This document shows positions 28,254 through 33,309 of a stretch of DNA of 33,309 nucleotides, piece by piece; positions within the stretch are counted from its first letter, which is position 1, and the number at the start of each line of letters is the position of its first letter. The DNA is from a virus (Duplodnaviria; Caudoviricetes), in the IMG/VR virus record IMGVR_UViG_3300048599_000089, positions 1 to 33,309 of that record; one strand, 5' to 3'. The notes beneath the pieces were generated by a model. It worked only from the letters and a program-made list of their open reading frames with translations, searched no databases and had not been told where the DNA came from. Both the position numbers and the translations under genes were made by a program.

Positions 28254-29641
28254 AGCGACTCAATCAACCTCCTTAACTTCCCTTTCTGATTCTTAACCTT
28301 ATCCACCTCCCGCCTGAAAGCATGGACCGTACTACCTTTTTCGGCTAGAGCCGCAGCTATTCGATCATCTATACTGTTACTGCAGTGTATATCGATATAT
28401 GTAACCTTATGCTCCTGTCCTATGCGGTGGCATCTGTCCTCAGCCTGGAGCCTTTCAGAATATTTGAATGCATTATTGTAAAATATTACATAGTGTGCCT
28501 CGTTAAGTGTCAGGCCATGGCCCCCACAACTTTGAGTTGCCAGGAAAAATCGTGCGCCATTGCGGAACTTTTCAACTTCATGTTGCCTCCTGCGCTCGTT
28601 AAGATCCCCGTAAAATAGCGCAACGTCCTCGCCAAGCATCTCCCGGATATGCTCTATATCATAGCGATACTTGGTCCAGATAATAACTTTCCGGCCCCTT
28701 GGAATGTCATATATTGTATTCATGAGTGTTTTCAAGCGATCATGCTCGAACTCCAGCATCTCCCCCTTGCGATTCCAGAACCCGCATGCGATGCCCTGCA
28801 ACACACTAAATAGTCTGAAAATAGTGATCGACGTAAAATAATCGTCATGTTCATCTATCTCAGATAATATTTCATCCTTCGCCCACTCGTAATATTCCCG
28901 CTGCTCTCTTGTCATGCTGAAATACCGAGTGCCGTACAGTTTATCTGGCAGATCCAGACATTCCTCCTTAGTCACCTGATAGACATAGGGCTTTATTTTG
29001 GTGGCCAAGTACGGCACGTTGTGTGCCCGGACAATCATACCAGGGAACTTGTCGCTGTATTCCAGGTGGTTTGCGGCAAAGGAATAGAACGAATCGTACC
29101 CCAGTATTTTAGGCGACAGGAACCTCATTTGAGCAAATAGATCAACTACCCCCTGCGACAATGGTGTTCCGGTCAATATTAACCGATACCGGGCTCGCTT
29201 CGACAGTTCTGTTATCCTCAGGGTACGGGTTGCCCGGTGTCCTTTAATATAACTGCTTTCGTCGCAGATAACGAAAGTCTGATCCGTAACAAGCTTATTT
29301 ATAGCCAAAACTACCCGGTCACTACTGCTCATAGACTCTATGCCGACTATATACCAAAGCACTGCCGGAACATTGCGCTCATTGGTTTTGTTGCTAAATA
29401 CGCATATAGCATCCGTGGTGCAGTCTGTATGCTTTAAGATCTCCTGCTTAACTGCTTCTTTCAGACTGACAGGGCAAAACCAGATTACTTTATCAATCTT
29501 AGTTTTGCGCCGGTCAACAAGCTCTATGGATGTGCGCGATTTTCCGGTACCCATATCCATAAATAGCGCACCGATGCGGCTAGATATAATCTTGTTTACC
29601 GCATCTAATTGATGCGGTAATAACTCAGTCCGCAAATTCAT
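28250..29641 (-). CDS. SNF2-family ATPase/helicase
   Basis: MDMGTGKS, DESS, LTGTP, GLTL, QAEDRCHRIGQ. Confidence 0.93.
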   Translation of the reverse strand: MNLRTELLPHQLDAVNKIISSRIGALFMDMGTGKSRTSIELVDRRKTKIDKVIWFCPVSLKEAVKQEILKHTDCTTDAICVFSNKTNERNVPAVLWYIVGIESMSSSDRVVLAINKLVTDQTFVICDESSYIKGHRATRTLRITELSKRARYRLILTGTPLSQGVVDLFAQMRFLSPKILGYDSFYSFAANHLEYSDKFPGMIVRAHNVPYLATKIKPYVYQVTKEECLDLPDKLYGTRYFSMTREQREYYEWAKDEILSEIDEHDDYFTSITIFRLFSVLQGIACGFWNRKGEMLEFEHDRLKTLMNTIYDIPRGRKVIIWTKYRYDIEHIREMLGEDVALFYGDLNERRRQHEVEKFRNGARFFLATQSCGGHGLTLNEAHYVIFYNNAFKYSERLQAEDRCHRIGQEHKVTYIDIHCSNSIDDRIAAALAEKGSTVHAFRREVDKVKNQKGKLRRLIESL

Positions 29642-30779
29642 CCAACACCACTACCTCCCCTGGCACTTCTAAGGTTGGTGGCTTGCCCGCGGCAATAAAT
29701 CTCTCGCGTTTTTCAGGGGCATCTACATTTACAACTAAAGTAGCTTTTTTGATTTTCTTAGCTTGATCTATGGCACCAAAAGCCATTTCCGATACCTTGA
29801 ATCCGTAAATCTTGGCAAAATCCAGAACTTCCTCGAAATTTTCCACCGGGACAACCATGCTGGGGCTACTCCATCTGGCACCGGGTAACCTCTTGGCTAC
29901 CTTGTAGAAGTCGTCGGAGCGATCCCAAGATATAGCCAGCCAGCCTTTGTATTTTTCTCCGGTACGCAACTGTATCCAACGTGTACATTCCGTTTCGTAA
30001 GTTCCAGCAATGGCAGCTTGTCTAATTGCTTCGTCGTAGATCCGAATTGGAAATCCTGCTGCCAGTAACCTATGTCCTGCCTCTGCCGCTCTGTCTGCCG
30101 GAGTGCCGTTCTTGGAAATCAGTTTACGCTTCCACGAACCTTCCCACTCCATTTTTAACTGTTTTTTAACTATTTCCCGGAAGTCTTCACGCTTTTCCGG
30201 GAAAACAATTTGAATGCCGTTATCCAGAGTGCGAATCTCAGCAACCGTTTCCGTTACCGGTTTTTCCGGGCGAACGGTGGCTTCTACTTTAGCATCGGCA
30301 ACAACTTCGGCTGGGACTAATCGCTTGTTGCTAATTACTTCATATTCCTTACTGAGCAAAGTCTCTATTTCATAACTCCATCCGCTACCGTTAAGATGGC
30401 GGTGATCAATCCACCAACGGGCTTCTGTTCTGGTGTTTTTAATAGATTCCAGTGCTTCGATAGCTTCCATACTAATTGTTTTGTCGCGCTCAACATATAT
30501 TTCTTGCTCAATGCGGGATATTAACTGCTGACGTAAGGTTTCAGCCCAAGTAATCTGCTTTTCTGAGCCTGTTAGTACTGGCAGTTTCATATCCTTAGCT
30601 GCCTCGGCAGCTTCAACATTGTCCTTTTCGCGCTTTTCGGCTAATTCGCGTTGGTAGCACTCATAGCAGAGCTTATGCGGTTCGACGTTTTCAAGACGCC
30701 ATTCCCGGTTTTTATGCGGTCCGATGAGATTAACAACCTCATCATGGCCACAACTTCTAGTAACTGTATATTTAGCCAT
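29625..30779 (-). CDS. Hypothetical protein: zinc motif, LTGSEKQ.WA motif and possible HARP-like repeats
   Basis: CGH...CYEC; LTGSEKQITWA; AGGAGG RBS; overlaps the SNF2 start. Confidence 0.75.
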   Translation of the reverse strand: MAKYTVTRSCGHDEVVNLIGPHKNREWRLENVEPHKLCYECYQRELAEKREKDNVEAAEAAKDMKLPVLTGSEKQITWAETLRQQLISRIEQEIYVERDKTISMEAIEALESIKNTRTEARWWIDHRHLNGSGWSYEIETLLSKEYEVISNKRLVPAEVVADAKVEATVRPEKPVTETVAEIRTLDNGIQIVFPEKREDFREIVKKQLKMEWEGSWKRKLISKNGTPADRAAEAGHRLLAAGFPIRIYDEAIRQAAIAGTYETECTRWIQLRTGEKYKGWLAISWDRSDDFYKVAKRLPGARWSSPSMVVPVENFEEVLDFAKIYGFKVSEMAFGAIDQAKKIKKATLVVNVDAPEKRERFIAAGKPPTLEVPGEVVVLDEFAD

Positions 30780-30848
30780 CGTAGCACCTCCTATTAAATT
30801 TTAGTTTGCCCTCTAAGCTACCCCCAGCAGGGGCAGGAACAAGGCAAG

Positions 30849-31124
30849 CTATGGCAATTTTCTTTTCATGCGCGGTAAGTATGTCTCAGAAATGAGATGT
30901 ATCATAGATTTATCTCTAATTCTGTTAGGCGAATTTAAGTAATCGCCATCAACCATTTTACCAAAAATTTCCCTGTCGTATTTCCATCCATGGCCGAACC
31001 AAGCGGCCATACCAGCGGATATGTTTTTGCCTTTAGCGTGCAACTGAAAAATTTGTCTTGCATAGCAGGCTTCTAGCTTGCCAGACCGAACTAAAGATCT
31101 TAAGTTTTTAAACATTTCTTTCAT
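30849..31124 (-). CDS. Small hypothetical protein
   Basis: AAGGAGG RBS, 91 aa. Confidence 0.75.
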   Translation of the reverse strand: MKEMFKNLRSLVRSGKLEACYARQIFQLHAKGKNISAGMAAWFGHGWKYDREIFGKMVDGDYLNSPNRIRDKSMIHLISETYLPRMKRKLP

Positions 31125-31231
31125 TTTATCCTCCTTCCGCCAGGCTACCAGCCTGGCACTACAGCACTCGCTGCATAGTAGTTGTTTTCGCAGGTACCTG
31201 CGATATGGTTACTTACTCCAGTATCATGGTC

Positions 31232-31582
31232 CTAGTCGGTTATATTGTTTTTAATTAGGCTATCTATAAATGACGCCTTAAATTCTTCACCTACCCACAC
31301 GGAATTGCTTCCGTATTGATAGAAGCTAGCCTCGTATAGTCCGGCAGATACAATATCCCTAGTAAGTTGTCTGATTTCCTCCACGGTTTCCCTTGTTTTG
31401 GCATTCCCTGCCATCATGCGCAAAGCCTCTGCCATTGTGAATTTACCGCCAACTACGTTGCCTGTTATGTAGCGGTACAGGTGCGCCCACTTCTTGGTAG
31501 GCATTGTTCCAATATCATTCTCTCTTGCAAGAACTACTACTAATTTACCGGTAGTAGTTCCTAATTCTGCTGGTGTTCTCAA
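31232..31582 (-). CDS. Small hypothetical protein
   Basis: AAGGAGGT RBS, TTG start, 116 aa. Confidence 0.75.
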   Translation of the reverse strand: MRTPAELGTTTGKLVVVLARENDIGTMPTKKWAHLYRYITGNVVGGKFTMAEALRMMAGNAKTRETVEEIRQLTRDIVSAGLYEASFYQYGSNSVWVGEEFKASFIDSLIKNNITD

Positions 31583-31601
31583 TTAAATACCTCCTTTTTT
31601 A

Positions 31602-31662
31602 AACCCTTGAACTGTGGAGGCAAAGCCTCCTGCCGGGATTCTCGACACTCCATTAGCGGGTT
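31602..31662 (-). ncRNA. Twister-sister-like structured RNA (candidate self-cleaving ribozyme)
   Basis: AACCC-GCUAA-UG...[UGUCG-7nt-CGGCA][GGAGGC-UUU-GCCUCC]-ACA-GUUCAA-GGGUU. Confidence 0.45.
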
Positions 31663-31978
31663 ACCTTCCTGGAATTGTGTAATATTTAGCTACTATTGCC
31701 TGAGCCAAGTAAGATTCTTTTTTAGCGTCCGGTACTTCAATAGCCTTTAACTTGCACTCTATATCGCCAATCAATTTACCCATATTAATTCTAAAGTCTT
31801 TCATTCTGTAAACTATAATGGAATTGCCGTCTTTAACGGCTACCTGGTTTCCATTATAGTTCACAACTGTGCCGTCACACATAGCTTCCCAACCGGCACT
31901 AAACATCTCCTTAGCTTCTTTAATTTTTACATCTGCGTTAGCTTCATCTTTAAGAGCTTTAATTATTTTATCTATCAT
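31661..31978 (-). CDS. Small hypothetical protein
   Basis: AAAGGGGA RBS, 105 aa. Confidence 0.75.
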   Translation of the reverse strand: MIDKIIKALKDEANADVKIKEAKEMFSAGWEAMCDGTVVNYNGNQVAVKDGNSIIVYRMKDFRINMGKLIGDIECKLKAIEVPDAKKESYLAQAIVAKYYTIPGR

Positions 31979-32014
31979 TTAGTTTGTCCCCTTTCAAAGT
32001 TATTTTCTATATAT

Positions 32015-32043
32015 AATGTAACACATACATACATGCATGTAAA
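32015..32043 (-). promoter_or_regulatory. Sigma-A promoter with overlapping palindromic operator
   Basis: TTTACA-N17-TACATT; perfect palindrome TACATGCATGTA at 32030-32041; AT-rich upstream element. Confidence 0.65.
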
Positions 32044-32062
32044 GTATTTTTTTGCAATAAAA

Positions 32063-32090
32063 TAAAAAAACTTCGGCAATTAGGGCCGAA
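32063..32090 (-). terminator. Intrinsic terminator
   Basis: TTCGGC-CCTAATT-GCCGAA-GTTTTTTT on the minus strand. Confidence 0.75.
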
Positions 32091-32163
32091 ATAGTATTGT
32101 ATAATAAACCAACAGTCCCTCCCGCGCCTCTTAGCAATGCGCACCGGGTACCTGATAGGATAT

Positions 32164-32213
32164 CCTGCTACGGCCTTGCTGGCCGTTTCGCTGTCTACAG
32201 CTCGTCAGGCAGG
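32164..32213 (-). ncRNA. Type I hammerhead ribozyme
   Basis: CCUGC-CUGACGA-GCUG(UAGA)CAGC-GAAA-CGGCC(AGCAA)GGCCG-UA-GCAGG: complete catalytic core with three perfect stems. Confidence 0.93.
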
Positions 32214-32483
32214 CTTTATTGTTTTTAGCGGACTGTCTTTGCATACATAGCGGTTAGGGCACTCCTTGCACCCGCCACTATTTTTGTGCATTTCGCAAAA
32301 TGTTACTACATCATGGTTTACACCTAAGCTTTCTGCAAGATCCCTTATTGCTCTGAGAGAATAACTGGATATTTCGTGATCTTTCCAGTTACCGGTCTTT
32401 TTCCCTGCTTCGTAATAGTGCTGAACTATTTTTCTATGCTCTATTACGGCATCTTGGATGATTTCAATTTCCCGTTTAGTCAT
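32205..32483 (-). CDS. Small protein with Cys-rich C-terminus
   Basis: C..H....CKECP....C; AAAGGGGA RBS. Confidence 0.75.
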   Translation of the reverse strand: MTKREIEIIQDAVIEHRKIVQHYYEAGKKTGNWKDHEISSYSLRAIRDLAESLGVNHDVVTFCEMHKNSGGCKECPNRYVCKDSPLKTIKPA

Positions 32484-32506
32484 TTAGTTTGTCCCCTTTT
32501 CTGTTT

Positions 32507-32728
32507 TTATTTGTAATCCGGTATAATCATTGCCCGGTATTCTTGGTAAATCTCTGCCTCATTTTCAATGTCCATGTAAGCTGCAGCTGCAAACCAGGCT
32601 GATATTGCTCCAAGAGCATGGCCCTTGTACCATTCAGTATTGTGCTTTGCCTTAGCCCAGTCAGTGACGTGCATCATGATGCAGTTATGCAGGCTTTGTA
32701 GGATGTTTTGTTGGGTGTCGGTTGTTAT
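32507..32728 (-). CDS. 73-aa hypothetical protein with ATA start (or start-loss pseudogene)
   Basis: Open frame ITTDTQQNILQSLHNCIMMH...IPDYK starting 8 nt after AAAGGGGA; fills the space between the promoter and the next gene. Confidence 0.5.
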   Translation of the reverse strand: MTTDTQQNILQSLHNCIMMHVTDWAKAKHNTEWYKGHALGAISAWFAAAAYMDIENEAEIYQEYRAMIIPDYK

Positions 32729-32753
32729 AATTCATATCCCCTTTCGGTTTCCT

Positions 32754-32806
32754 TCTTGAAAATAGTTTACCATAATCATCTTGAATATGCAATACCATTT
32801 TCAAAA
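32754..32806 (-). promoter_or_regulatory. Sigma-A promoter with three TTGAA(A/T)AT boxes
   Basis: TTGCAT (32792-32787), N17, TAAACT (32769-32764); boxes at 32754, 32779 and inverted at 32797. Confidence 0.65.
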
Positions 32807-32846
32807 ATATTTACGAAAAAGAGCAAAAACCTCATAACCACGATGG

Positions 32847-33032
32847 CTACAAGGTTTTTGCTCTTATATATTCACTTACGTTAGGGTAACCTGCCTTCTT
32901 TGCGTTCTCTTGAATGCGTTCCCACTCCGGATCATTAGCAACAAATGCACGGGCTTTGCGCCTGCCCCCCGGGGAAAATGGTTTTCTCCCTGCTCCAGGA
33001 CGCGCACCACCGTGTTGTTTAGTTTCTAACAT
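32847..33032 (-). CDS. Small DNA-binding protein (GGARPGAGRKP hook plus RHH-like)
   Basis: HGGARPGAGRKP; W..I...AKKAG..NVSEYIR. Confidence 0.8.
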   Translation of the reverse strand: MLETKQHGGARPGAGRKPFSPGGRRKARAFVANDPEWERIQENAKKAGYPNVSEYIRAKTL

Positions 33033-33053
33033 GATGCCACCTCACTTGATTGT

Positions 33054-33082
33054 AGTATACTAGAATAGTTGGGTCATGTAAA
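33054..33082 (-). promoter_or_regulatory. Sigma-A promoter
   Basis: TTTACA-N17-TATACT upstream of a GAGGTG RBS. Confidence 0.65.
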
Positions 33083-33138
33083 GGTATGTTACTGCTGTCG
33101 AAGATATTACTACTACGTACATATAAAAGGCTCTGAAA

Positions 33139-33309
33139 CTGCCCACATTTTACCCACAATGCGAGTCTTTTTTACCCCCAAAAGGATGTTTAAAGGCATG
33201 TAAAGCAGGGCAATCAAAAACACCATGAGCCCTTTAAAATTAAGGTGTTATGGTGTTTAGATGTGGTTAAACGGGCAGCTAAATAGTAAATGGGCGGCAT
33301 GATGTAATT
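33139..33309 (+). mobile_element. Probable attR: arm-type repeats plus core duplicating the groEL 3' end
   Basis: Direct repeats TGCCCACAT/TACCCACAA/TACCCCCAA; inverted repeat AAACACCAT/ATGGTGTTT; terminal ATGGGCGGCATGATGTAA encodes MGGMM*. Confidence 0.75.

Noticed and set aside
1497-29612. Numerous antisense or alternative-frame ORFs in the track (e.g. 1497-1781, 4415-4723, 6418-6849, 16773-17270, 27524-28036)
   Set aside because: They lie within strongly supported genes, lack RBSs and read as shadow translations.
31150-31230. Twister, pistol or hatchet ribozyme in this spacer
   Set aside because: Only fragmentary resemblance and no complete core could be built; kept only as an unexplained palindromic region.
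1-33309. CRISPR array, tRNA, rRNA or integrase gene
   Set aside because: No regularly spaced repeats, cloverleaf or integrase motifs were seen; the integrase and immunity modules presumably lie outside the window.

Overview
Right-hand ~33 kb of a temperate, HK97-fold, long-tailed (sipho-type) prophage from a Firmicute (Clostridia-like) host. Order on the + strand: the 3' end of an IS200/IS605 tnpB element, HNH-terS-terL, portal, ClpP-type protease, major capsid, extra capsid decoration/spike genes, a diversity-generating retroelement (DGR), neck and tail genes, a 1762-aa GLUG-repeat tail-tip protein and a lysis cassette. The DGR has a VR at 9545-9655, a TR at 9745-9855, a hairpin and an RT, but no recognisable avd. 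A minus-strand accessory arm follows: small ORFs, an SNF2 ATPase, IbrA-like PAPS reductase, GNAT, IbrB-like ParB and two RHH regulators. The window ends in a probable attR that duplicates the groEL 3' end. Main findings: (1) the DGR sits in the head module, and its target resembles an RcGTA-type capsid head-spike fibre next to a spike-base gene, not a tail fibre; (2) a canonical hammerhead ribozyme and a twister-sister-like RNA each overlap a stop codon in the accessory operon; (3) an SNF2/PAPS-reductase/GNAT/ParB module is a candidate DNA-modification or anti-defence system; (4) a -1 frameshift, non-ATG starts and an orphan transcript behind a consensus promoter are present. All family assignments are by eye from motifs and synteny; no searches were run.
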